Shown: positions 23,984 to 35,905, counted from the first letter of the whole stretch. The stretch is DNA of 63,257 bases, filler included, from Octopus bimaculoides (GCF_001194135.2; 4 parts of 4 records of this genome joined end to end with filler, not necessarily neighbours in it), one strand, 5' to 3'. Translations and numbers: made by a program. The notes: generated by a model not told the origin, from the sequence alone.

Positions 23984-24921
23984 TACTTTATCCAATATAT
24001 TCATCCATTTTTCATATGGGGATTTGGTTTCTCATCGTAGCAGCAGCAGCAGCAGCTGCAAGGGTGAGGGGGAATTCTCCTTGGCCTACATGACATTAAC
24101 GTCTGATTTTAAACCAGAAGACATTTAAACCAATGCTTTGCCTAGTTTTAACCAACTGACCACACTCAAACTTACAACAAAGTGACCCAAATGTAGCATA
24201 AAAGCTGTTTATTATGTGTTTATGTGTTTTATTTATTCTTCAAACTCACCAAATATACAGAATATATGTTCTTTCTTTTCTGTGTCCTCTTCTCTCTTTT
24301 TTCTTTCTTTCTCTCTCTTCTTCTTATCTCAAATGTAAAATTTATATTTCCTCTCTTGGCAAAGATACAACAGATTGGCTGGTCTGTTAAAAATGTCCCC
24401 CTAGGGAACGGTGATGTGGTGAAAGGTTGTTGGAAGTGCTGGTTGTAGTGATGGTAATGTTACCGATGGGCAAAGGATCAAAATGGCTGTTCTCTGCATT
24501 AGGTTGTTCTAATATAAGCATGAGGTGTGAGATTTTCTTTCTGTTCTAAGTTAAAAGGCACACAAAGAGTTGTGATATTCATACATTTTCTAATAACATT
24601 AACCTTTTTGATGCCAGTCCATCCGAGGCCATCACTGGTTCCATTATACAAATTCAAGTTTCAACCCTTTAACATTCACATTTCCGTAACCCTGGATAGG
24701 GGCTCATACCGGGTCCTGTCAGCCGGAGCCAGATGAGTCCGAGACTCATGTCAGGCAGGGTCGTCACTCCCTGAAGTAGTGAAGAAAATCACTACCCACT
24801 ACCTATATATATATATGTGTATGTATATGTATATATTGGTTGTTTTCCCTTTCTGTGAACTCAGTGTACTGGGACCCTACTTGTAATGCCTAGATTCTAA
24901 TGAATTCTGTAACTTGTGAAA

Positions 24922-25096
24922 AGCCTGGTTGGAGGCCCAAACTTCTGAGTTCTTTTACAGGGCTTAGAAAAGCTGGAGGACTCCTGGAATAAGTGTGTGA
25001 ATCTGAGAGGGGAATATGTTGGGTAAAATCATGATGAACTGATCCACTTCTATTGTCTTTTAGCCAAAGCCAGGAACTTTTCAGCACCCCCTCATA
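24922..25096 (+). mobile_element. mariner transposon 3' end (transposase C-terminus + right TIR + TA)
   Basis: AWLEAQTSEFFY/GLEKLEDSWNKCVNLRGEYVG* matches the mariner FY..GI.KL..RW.KC....G.Y motif; TIR AAAGCCAGGAACTTTTCAGCACCCCCTCA followed by TA. Confidence 0.8.
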
Positions 25097-25100
25097 CATA

Positions 25101-25428
25101 CATCCTCATCCTCCTCATCATCATCATTGCCTGTTGTCCATGCTGGCATGGGTCGGATGGTTTGACTGGGCTCACATGCTGGAAGGCTGCACCAGACTCC
25201 AGTCTGATTTGGCATGTTTTTTTTATGGCTGGATGCCCTTCCTAATGCCAACCACTCCGAGATTATAATGGGTGCTTTTATGTGCCACTGGCATGGGTGC
25301 CATTTGAGTGACACCAGGGTGCTTTTATGTGCCACCAGTATGGGTGCCAATTTGCTTCAGTGGGACTGAACCCGCAACCATGTGATTGGTAAGCAAGCTA
25401 CTTACCACACAGCCACTCCTATGCCAAT
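25101..25428 (-). mobile_element. Family A copy (25101-25350) abutting a family B head (25355-25428)
   Basis: CATCATCATCATTGCC..TCCATGCTGGCATGGG..GATGCCCTTCCTAATGCCAACCACTCC, then CAGTGGGACTGAACCCG..TACTTACCACACAGCCACTCC. Confidence 0.75.
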
Positions 25429-26015
25429 GATTACATATCTAAAATTTAAATTTTTGACTTCCTCACTATTAAAGCAAATATATATCTATTTAAAAAACCT
25501 CGTCCATACACATCACATAACCATACCAGTACAGTTGTCTCTCTTGCACACCACATCTGATTCCTCATGTACTCTGCCAAACATGCACACTGACATTGCG
25601 TGTAAATGGACACACGTAGATGGGCTACAGAGCAGATTCCGTCATCAGGTTGATTTAACATAGTATTATTGCTGAGACAGGTATTAAAGATGTTTGCGAT
25701 CTGTACCTGAAGCCACATAGCTTGTAAGCAAACTTCTTAACTACATAGACATGCCTGTAACTGTAGATAAAAAGACATAAGTATATTCTGCAAAGGACAC
25801 ACATGTAGGTAAACGTAAAGTATCTGTTGCCAGCCCTATGGTGATATAATGTGTGTGTAACAGGTGTAAAGAATTTGGTTGTTTGGAGGTAAAAGAAAAT
25901 TATTCCAACCGTGGGAAAATAAAAAAAAAATGATTGCTGGTCAAATTTTAGTTTCGCACACAACAACTACACATGCACACACACATATGTATGTACAGGC
26001 ACATGTCTACACAAG

Positions 26016-26037
26016 TATCTATCTATCTATCTATCTA

Positions 26038-26076
<39 letters not shown>

Positions 26077-26134
26077 GTCTATCTATCTATCTATCTATCT
26101 GTCTGTCTGTCTGCTTGTCTGTCTGTCTATCTAT
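26016..26134. repeat. Compound (TCTA)n/(TCTG)n microsatellite ending at a 412-N gap
   Basis: Direct reading. Confidence 0.95.
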
Positions 26135-26962
26135 NNNNNNNNNNNNNNNNNNNNNNNNNNNNNNNNNNNNNNNNNNNNNNNNNNNNNNNNNNNNNNNNNN
26201 NNNNNNNNNNNNNNNNNNNNNNNNNNNNNNNNNNNNNNNNNNNNNNNNNNNNNNNNNNNNNNNNNNNNNNNNNNNNNNNNNNNNNNNNNNNNNNNNNNNN
26301 NNNNNNNNNNNNNNNNNNNNNNNNNNNNNNNNNNNNNNNNNNNNNNNNNNNNNNNNNNNNNNNNNNNNNNNNNNNNNNNNNNNNNNNNNNNNNNNNNNNN
26401 NNNNNNNNNNNNNNNNNNNNNNNNNNNNNNNNNNNNNNNNNNNNNNNNNNNNNNNNNNNNNNNNNNNNNNNNNNNNNNNNNNNNNNNNNNNNNNNNNNNN
26501 NNNNNNNNNNNNNNNNNNNNNNNNNNNNNNNNNNNNNNNNNNNNNNAAAAAAAAAAAAAAAAAAAATAAATAAATGACAGCATTGTAATCTCCTGGCAAC
26601 CAATATTTTTAGACCCAGTCTGCCACTGCTCACAAGGTTTTGGTCAGCCTTTGGTTATACGAGAAGAAACTTGCCCAAGGTGCCGTCCAGGGAGACGACC
26701 AAAAATCACATGGTTGGGAAGCAAGCTTCTCAACCACACACCACATATATATATATTACACACAAACACACACACACATGTACACACACATGTACACATA
26801 CACATATATATATATATATATATCTACACATATGCACACATGCATGCATNNNNNNNNNNTATCTACACATATGCACACATGCATGCATACACATACATAC
26901 ATATATGTATGATATTTGCATTTGCTATAGATATATACACACATTATATAATCATATATATT

Positions 26963-27158
26963 AAGGCGAGGGGCTGGCAAAATCGTTTGCACGTTGGGCA
27001 AAGTGCTTAGCAGCATTTCGTCCGTCTGTACGTTCTGAGTTCAAATTCCGCCGAGGTCAACTTTGTCTTTCACCCCTTCGGGTCAATAAAATAAGCACAG
27101 TTAAACAGTGGGGTCGATGTTATCGGCTTATGGGCCTTGTGCCAAAATTTGAAGCCAT
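26963..27158 (+). mobile_element. tRNA-like SINE family C
   Basis: GGCGAGGGGCTGGCAAAATCGTT.GCAC..TGCTTAGC..GTTCTGAGTTCAAATTCCGCCGAGGTC.ACTTTG..GGGTCGAT..GGGCCTTGTGCC; other copies at 32050, 51490 and 62020. Confidence 0.85.
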
Positions 27159-27196
27159 GTATAATATATAACATATATATGTATATATATGTACGT

Positions 27197-27246
<50 letters not shown>

Positions 27247-27510
27247 GATATAACATACTATATATGTTATGTATGTACACACACATATACGGGTATGTAT
27301 ATACAAATGTACATGACATGCACACACACATATAGTTTTATATGAATGTGTGTGTAATTGCATGTCTGTATAATGCTAACGCCGGAGGAAATAAAGGTGT
27401 GCCGCATTAAATGGCAACTATCACATTACTAAGGTGTCGATACTGCTGCAAGCCTACTGCTATGCCTAAGCTGCCACACCGAAACCACTGCATCAAAGAC
27501 AGCTGCTAGT

Positions 27511-27517
27511 TATAAAA
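27511..27517 (+). promoter_or_regulatory. Candidate TATA box
   Basis: TATAAAA in non-repetitive, CpG-containing DNA about 490 bp upstream of a consensus donor; function inferred only. Confidence 0.35.
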
Positions 27518-27539
27518 GTCAGCGAGAAGCTACCACTGC

Positions 27540-28002
27540 TGCTGTGCGACTTTTGCAGCGTGTTATTACCACTGCAAACCTACTGCTACTATACGACTTT
27601 TTCTCTTTCTTTCTTTCTGTTTCTTTTTTTTTTGTTTTTGTTTTTCGGCAGTGAGAGTGTTATTACTGCTGCAAACCTGCTGCTGCTATGCTGGCTGACA
27701 GACAGCAAACTCACAACCACTGCAGAAGGACAAGCAGCCAGCCAGCCAGCCAGCCAGCCAGCCAAGCCAGTCTGCCAGCCAGCCAGCCACACTGACTGAC
27801 TGGCAGTAGACATACTACTACTGCTACTACTGCTGTGTAAGCAACCCTACTGCAAGCCTGCTCCTTTGCCACTCCCACTGTCACTTCAACTACTACCACT
27901 GCCAAGCTATGCTCGCTCGTAGCTAGGAGCTGTTTACATTTCTGGGGGAGATTTTCCGATTGTTTACGGACGAAACACCGCTTTTTACAGCCCTAATACC
28001 AG
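27540..28002 (+). other. Candidate non-coding first exon (5' UTR) of an unidentified host gene; start approximate
   Basis: Ends CAG|GTAAGT (GT at 28003); GC/CpG-richer unique sequence with (GCCA)n and CTA/CTG runs; only short uORFs (27688-27795, 27909-27926). Confidence 0.55.
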
Positions 28003-28099
28003 GTAAGTCTTCGAAGCAGAATCTCATCGAACATATTTCATTTAATTATGTAGTGTTTTTTGTTTTAATTTAATTTCTTTTCTCCGTCCCACCTTGTAG

Positions 28100-28111
28100 A
28101 CATTCTTCCAG
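28100..28111 (+). other. Candidate 12-nt microexon ACATTCTTCCAG, or a recursive AG|GT site at 28110-28113
   Basis: Preceded by TTTAATTTCTTTTCTCCGTCCCACCTTGTAG (AG at 28098-28099) and followed by GTATGT; implies a 97-nt intron 28003-28099. Confidence 0.5.
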
Positions 28112-29255
28112 GTATGTTGGTGGGTTTTCCCACTTAACACGAATACATATTCACATATTCGCTAGCAAGATTTTTTGGCTCGTTTTGCTCCGTGTCTTTT
28201 GCTGTTCTGTTCTTTTCTTTTTTTTTCTTCTCTTTCTCATTAAATAACCTTCCCTCTTTTTTTTCTTTCCACCTTACCATATTGTTTTTGTTCTGTTTCG
28301 CCCCTTTTTTTCCCTCTTCCTTTGAAGAGAAAGATACATTGTTCTGTTACCCCCCCCCCTCTTCGAGAGAGAGAAAGAGAGACAGAGTGAGAGAAAGAGA
28401 ATGGGAGGAAGAGAGAGACTGAAAGAAACAGTCTCAATATATTTGATACAATTTATATTACACTCAGAAAAATGCACACTTTCTATATATAATGAAATCT
28501 AAGGTGAGCGGACGATATATATACATATATTTATACACACATATACATACATACATACACATACATACATAGAGAAAGAGAGAGAATGTGCGATAGAGAG
28601 AGAGAGAGAAAGAGAGACAAGAGAAATAGAGGGGGGCAGTGAGAGTGTCATTCGCCGACTGAAAGAGACAGGAGAACGACGACGACGTGAAGGAGGAAGA
28701 GTAGGAGTAGAAGCGGCAGTTGTGGTGGCAGTAGTGGTAGGAGGCGGAGACTCTGACCTCTTCCTATCAATATGGCTGACCAAACTTCAACGACATTTTC
28801 TCACTCAATACACACACACACACACACTCATATATATATATATATTTACATTTTTGTACCCACTTCTCTCCTTGTTGATCCCTTAGGTTGACCCCGATCG
28901 AACAGATCCTTGGTCGTAAGCGTTCCAGCTGTGACCATATCGTCTTTTGTCGAGGCATTGTGCATGTATCAGAGGCGATCGGTGTGCGATTTGAGAGTGA
29001 TTTAGTTGTTGTTTCTAGCATATGACCGATCGCGTAGAGGTTCCCTAATCGTCTCGATTCCCACCTCAATTTTTTTTATATTTTAATCTCTTATCCGTGT
29101 CCCCTCGTGCTTTCTAACCTTCCCGCTGGTGGGAAACAAACCTACAAAAGCCGTACATATAATATCATATGAGCTATTTCCCCCTTTTCCCCCGCCACTT
29201 CAGATCAGTTTCTCATTATTTATTATCCCTACATTATACATACATGCACATACAT

Positions 29256-29288
<33 letters not shown>

Positions 29289-30666
29289 ATTGTATAATGA
29301 CACATCTCACGATATCATTGTTAATATGTTACGAAATACCCCCGGCTCTCTGTCTGCACCCACACACACACACACACATATATATGTATATACATTATAT
29401 ATGTGTGAATATATTTATATATGAAGACATCTCTTTGATCATACCCAATCAACAGTATTACGAGTATTATTATTAGTATTATTAGTCTATAAAATAAAGT
29501 ACGAGTCAAGTACTAGAGTGAATCTATTAACTATATATATATACTTTCCTGACAATATGTGGACCTTGTGTTTCAACTTTGAAAAGCCTTTTTGTTAATA
29601 TTAAGAATATAATTTTATCATCATCACTATTTTAATATTTATATTGTCTGTTATTATCCGAGCATCGACTGAAAGACAAATATTTAAATATATATATATG
29701 TCTATTCCTATTCTGTCATTTGAAAAAAAATTAAAAAAACAATTAACCCTCCCAAAATGCCCTCAAACTCAGCCCAAATTATATATCTGTCGGTCTATCT
29801 TCCTAATTCTATTTATTACTTGAAAGAAAGACTTATTTTTTCTAAGTTTCCTCTCTTCTTGTCAGCAGCCAACGTTTTAAATTGCTTCCTTCTTCACCTT
29901 CATAAATCCACCTGGTTTAACATCATATATATATATATATATGATGGTAATTTTATTTTTATATTACTTACTGTGGTATGTTCTCTCCGCCTTTTTTTTT
30001 TCTCTTGTACATTTTTGAAAATCTGTCTTTCCCCTTTTTATTTTAATGTCGATAAAATTCTTGAAGGTGGGGGGCACGTGTATGTGTATGTATATCTTCT
30101 GTCTTAAACTATGTAAGAGAGAAGCTTGTTATCTATCTATCTATCTATCTATCAAACACGTGTGTGTGTGTGTGTGTATTTATGATCTTTATATATATGT
30201 GTGAATTTATAAGCTAATATATATATGTGTGTGTGTTTATAATATCTTATTATTTCATGCTTCTCAATGGCATGCCTAAGGAAGTATATTTTATATTGAA
30301 ATAGAATAGAAAAAAAAGAGAGAAAGAACTCCAGCTAATTTTGAAAATCTCACCAATTTACTGATCTTGCAATATTTTGTCTCGCCGATTGCCGACAAAT
30401 TCTGCTGTTTTACAAAATATTATTCTAAAGTCGTCTTGACTGCTTGTATTAATTTGATCAATTAGTAAATATTTGCCCCTGCCACCGCTAATATCGTTAG
30501 CCTTACCTTTCAGTATCACCTTCCAGGTCTCTCTCTGCTTCAAGGCTTACGTTATTTTCATTATTTTACCTACCTGCTTCTATGTATATTTTTTGATGAT
30601 CATGTTAGACGGGCTTCAACTTTTGAAGCCACTAACTTTCAACCAACCCAATATATATACATATAC

Positions 30667-30737
<71 letters not shown>

Positions 30738-31227
30738 CATACATTCCAGGCGTCACTGCTTTCTCCCTTTAACTTTTTCCACATGGTGTCCTTTTAATGA
30801 CATATACACACACACACACACAAATATATATGTATTATATAAGAATATAAATGTATGTATATACATCTATATATTTCATTCGTTTGTTTTTATCATTATA
30901 TACACATGTATAGGTTATTCCACCGGGTGTGGATCTATATAATAACCCATGTATACATATATATAGATATTTGTGTATGTAGATATATATATATATATAC
31001 ACGTGTGTTTGAGTATGTATATAGTGCGTATATTGTAGGCTTTTTTTAATTTTTATCCCAGCGGGTCTTATTGGAAGGAATCGATCTGTAATAAAGACAC
31101 ATTCCGTTTTCTTTTCCTTTAATTTTTTTTTTATATATTGTGATTTCCCCCGGGATCTATCTAAGACCAATTTTTTTTTTAATACCTTCCATACGAATGA
31201 ATACACACACAAACAGACACACCTACA

Positions 31228-31622
31228 TGCATGTTAGCAAGTGTATATCGAAACATAGATGTATGCTCGCTATTTAACCCGTGTATGAGCGTGTATGTAT
31301 GTATGTATGTGTGTGTGTGTATATATTATATACCAATATTTTTTATCTCCTATACTAATACACAGTAAGAGAGAGAGAGAGAGAGAGACACACACACACA
31401 TACACGTGCATGTTAGCAAGTGTATAGCGAAACAGATGTATGCTCGCTATTTAACCCGTGTATGAGCGTGTATGTATGTATGTGTGTGTGTGTGTATGTA
31501 TGTATATATATATATATATATATATTATACCAATATTTTTTATCTCCTATGCAAATACACAGTAAGAGAGAGACACACATACATACATACATACATACAC
31601 GTGCATGTTAGCAAGTGTATAT
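31228..31622. repeat. Tandem duplication, ~180-195 bp unit, ~2.1 copies, with embedded microsatellites
   Basis: TGCATGTTAGCAAGTGTAT at ~31228, ~31408 and ~31602; GATGTATGCTCGCTATTTAACCCGTGTATGAGCG twice. Confidence 0.85.
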
Positions 31623-32049
31623 ATATATATATGGTGTCTATTCGACCTCTCTGTCTTTCTCTATATCTATATCTACACAAGGGGTATTTGGTAGCTGGTT
31701 GTGTGTTGTTTTATGAACGAAATCAACGAATGACGCCTGCATGGCAACCCGAAAATGCTCTGTGGTGTCTTTTCTCTGTTGAGGTGTAGCCATTCCAGCC
31801 AGTCATGTGACAGCTCTCTCTCTCCAAGATTCAGTCACATTTCTTCCTTCTGTGTGTTTGGCGATGACAGCCTAATTTCCAAACCGTTTTGTAAGCGAAC
31901 TGTAAAATACACGAAATAAAACCGGCCATATATGTATGTATATGTATGCTTATTTCGAGGAGAAAGCCCAAGCCTACTATGAATCGCATACCGACCGTGA
32001 CCATCTCGTCGGACACAGTATGATTCTCAGGCTTACACAATTGTTCATT

Positions 32050-32222
32050 TTAAATGCTTAGCAATATTTCTTTCGTCCGTCTTTACATTCTGAGTTCAAA
32101 TTCTGTCGAGGTCGATTTTGCCTTCGATTCTCCCATAGTCTACAAAATACCAGTTGAGGGCTGGCAACCGATGTAATCCACACCCTCTCATTACCCCAAT
32201 TTCAGCCCTTGTGCCTATTTAT
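32050..32222 (+). mobile_element. SINE family C, decayed
   Basis: AAATGCTTAGC..TTCTGAGTTCAAATTCTGTCGAGGTCGATTTTGCC...CCTTGTGCC. Confidence 0.7.
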
Positions 32223-32352
32223 TATTATTATTTACTATTTAATGTGGGATGTGACAAGAAGAACATGTGACTTTCTTTTTGTAGCCGGTCATGCATATAT
32301 ATTATATGATTGTGTAGTATTGTGATGAAAGTGTAGATCTTTCGCTTTTCTT

Positions 32353-32409
<57 letters not shown>

Positions 32410-33412
32410 TACAAATGGATTAAACCTATATTCTTTCATCTCACTTTTCTTATCTATTTTGAATGTGGTGTGTGTGTGTGTTTTTTTTAATTGTTAGTCA
32501 TTTTGTCTAATTATCTACTTTAGAATACGTCAGGTTATTTAACTTTGATCAATCCCCTATTTTTTTTTATTCACCGTTTACTCTTTCCCACTTAGATTTC
32601 ATTTCCTGCTTACTTCAAACCTCTCTATATACTCAAGTGTGTGCGTGTATATATGTATATATATATATATATATGCGTATACACATGTCTGTGTGTGTAT
32701 ATGTAACCATGTATATATACATGCGCACACATACTCGTATATACACAGCTACACAGAACAGCAGGTGTTTTTCGTTTATATATATATATATATATNNNNN
32801 NNNNNNNNNNNNNNNNNNNNNNNNNNNNNNNNNNNNNNNNNNNNNNNNNNNNNNNNNNNNNNNNNNNNNNNNNNNNNNNNNNNNNNNNNNNNNNNNNNNN
32901 NNNNNNNNNNNNNNNNNNNNNNNNNNNNNNNNNNNNNNNNNNNNNNNNNNNNNNNNNNNNNNNNNNNNNNNNNNNNNNNNNNNNNNNNNNNNNNNNNNNN
33001 NNNNNNNNNNNNNNNNNNNNNNNNNNNNNNNNNNNNNNNNNNNNNNNNNNNNNNNNNNNNNNNNNNNNNNNNNNNNNNNNNNNNNNNNNNNNNNNNNNNN
33101 NNNNNNNNNNNNNNNNNNNNNNNNNNNNNNNNNNNNNNNNNNNNNNNNNNNNNNNNNNNNNNNNNNNNNNNNNNNNNNNNNNNNNNNNNNNNNNNNNNNN
33201 NNNNNNNNNNNNNNNNNNNNNNNNNNNNNNNNNNNNNNNNNNNNNNNNNNNNNNNNNNNNNNNNNNNNNNNNNNNNNNNNNNNNNNNNNNNNNNNNNNNN
33301 NNNNNNNNNNNNNNNNNNNNNNNNNNNNNNNNNNNNNNNNNNNNNNNNNNNNNNNNNNNNNNNNNNNNNNNNNNNNNNNNNNNNNNNNNNNNNNNNNNNN
33401 NNNNNNNNNNNN

Positions 33413-33455
<43 letters not shown>

Positions 33456-33458
33456 ATG

Positions 33459-33815
33459 TTATCTTTTACTTGTTTCGATCATTGGACTGTGGCCATGCTG
33501 GGGCACGGCCTTGATCTTTTTTAGTCGAACGAATCGACTCCAGTACTTATTTTGTAAAACCTGGTACTTATTTCATCGGGTCTTTTTCGCCGAACCGCTA
33601 GGTTACGGGTACGTAAACACACTGACGCCGGTTGTCAATCGGTGATGGGAGACAGACACAATCACACACGTGTGTATGTATTATATACGACCAGCTTCTT
33701 TCAGTTTCCGTCTACCGAATTCACTGACAAAGCCTTGGTTGGCCTGAGGCTATAGTAAAGACACTTGTCCAGCCCATGCAGTGGGACAGAACCCAGGACT
33801 ATGTCGTTGGGAAAC
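33459..33815 (-). mobile_element. SINE family B
   Basis: Reverse match to 43877-44252; most CpGs retained. Confidence 0.85.
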
Positions 33816-33983
33816 ATATATATAATATTCACACACACACACACACATTCACATGAATATCGAACGTATCATTTATATACATANNNNNNNNNNNNNNNNN
33901 NNNNNNNNNNNNNNNNNNNNNNNNNNNTTAATTAATTAANNNNNNNNNNNNNNNNNNNNNNNNNNNNNNNNNNNNNNNNNNNN

Positions 33984-34300
33984 ATACATCGTCATATGTC
34001 AATCTAAGTAGGAGGCCCAGTTCTTCTGTGTTGACTTTTTGGAACTCTACTTCGCTCTCGTTGATCATCTCCACGCACTTTTCCACTGCAAAATCCACGT
34101 CGATAGATGGGTATAGTGATACCACATCCATGCTACCCACTATACACCCTGTCAGGTTGCAAGTGTTGTTGCAGTCGTTGATCCTGCTGAGGAGATCTTC
34201 CTCAAATATATATATATGTATGCTGGAGCATATATATAGGTCAGACTTTAAAAGTTGCTGATGTGTAATTAGAAGAGGACTGTTTCTCACACTGCCAGTT
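33984..34300 (-). mobile_element. Penelope-like element reverse transcriptase fragment
   Basis: EDLLSRINDCN...IVGSMDVVSLYPSID fits the PLE RT motif (S.DV.SLY..I); cut by a gap. Confidence 0.7.
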
Positions 34301-35849
34301 GCAAGTTGAGACATCCAGAGTGGGGAGCAAGAGCAATCTTTGCAGTTTTGCTCCTACGAGTAAGCCCGAAACATTGTCTATAAGGAGGTTTTTACCATGG
34401 GATCAACAAACTAAAGTTTGCAGAATGATTAATAAGTTTGAATTGATATTGTCAACTTCACACAATGCTCGTCTAAGAAAAGCTACTTAACTACAATAAA
34501 TTATATTACATATGTTTTTAATTTTCCACGAATTTTGATTTACTTATCTTGTACTAGACATAAACCAAAGTCTGTGCGATATTTGCTTCATTTATACATT
34601 GAAACACTATAGCTAATAGATCAGACGATTATATGCACCCATGATAATATTTGTTGGAAGAAAACAGCTCTATCTTCTGCATGAAAGTTGACTACCATTT
34701 CTTTTATATGTCCAATACAATCTAAGTGAATAACTTTCAATATTCTTAGTACAATTTTGGCAGCTTATTCCAGCCTATTGACGTGTATTCCTGCCAGTAT
34801 GTGTGTGTGAGTGTGTGTGTGTGTGCGTGATTGTGTGTGTGTATAAGCGTAAGTGTGTGTGTGTGAATGTATAAGTACATATATATACTTATATAGATAT
34901 ATGTAGTATAATCATTGAGAAGTGGTTTTTAGAGTCTTGTTATCATGATGATAGTAAACTTGAAAAGTAATAAACATATGATATTGGACGTCCACGAAAA
35001 TTAAATAAATTTCATATTTACCAAAATGTATTACTTTGTTATCACCGTAATGGACAGAACATCAAGCATATACGTAAGGCAGTTTATATATTTAACTAGA
35101 AATTTTTAATACGGGTCTGTCAAAGTCTAAACACTCTCGAAGAATAGTGAAATGATATATCTCATTCAAGATGTACTTGATAATGCATTTTTAGTTGTAC
35201 CCAATGTTCTTTACAGGTAGTAAAGCAACCTCCATAGCTATCGAATATTGTTTAATAATTGTCTTTTAAGTAAATTTATATTGTTTTTATATTTCTGCCT
35301 GATGACTGCCTAAATGGGGACGGAGAACATAAAAGGATGGTGTAATAACGAATTTGATCTACTATATATTCATCAATATAAAGAGCATCCTTCTTGTGCA
35401 TTCTATACTTTATCCACATTAATAGCATGCAAAGTATTAGAATAAATGTGTGTGTGAATGATTTTTCATGGTAGGGATTTGAATCCAATATACATGCATA
35501 TATGCAAATGAAAGTAATCTTTAGTAATAAATAATTATGGCTTAAATCCCAACAAAGCTATGAATTTGATTCCCCGAAATCCTCATATATGATATTCATT
35601 CTATTATTGTGTTGCTATCCCACGTAATAACAGACAATTGTGTATGTACATATATTTATGCACACGCGAACGTGCGAACACATGCACAGCGTCGTACACA
35701 TACACACATATACACATGTATGTATTATGTGAGTGTACATGTATATATGTGCAAATTTATACGTATGTATAGATAGACAGAGAGCTGTATATATATAATG
35801 TGTGTGTATATATATATAAGCATATATGGAAAAATATATCCATATATAC

Positions 35850-35905
<56 letters not shown>

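Noticed and set aside
26821-26890. Apparent tandem duplication across a 10-N gap (also 21490-21620)
   Set aside because: Identical sequence on both sides of a fixed 10-N gap is typical of unmerged overlapping contig ends.
28767-29069. 100-aa minus-strand ORF (MRWESRRL...) as a host protein
   Set aside because: No recognisable domain, it runs into microsatellite, and it starts at a non-ATG codon; better explained as GC-rich promoter or UTR sequence.
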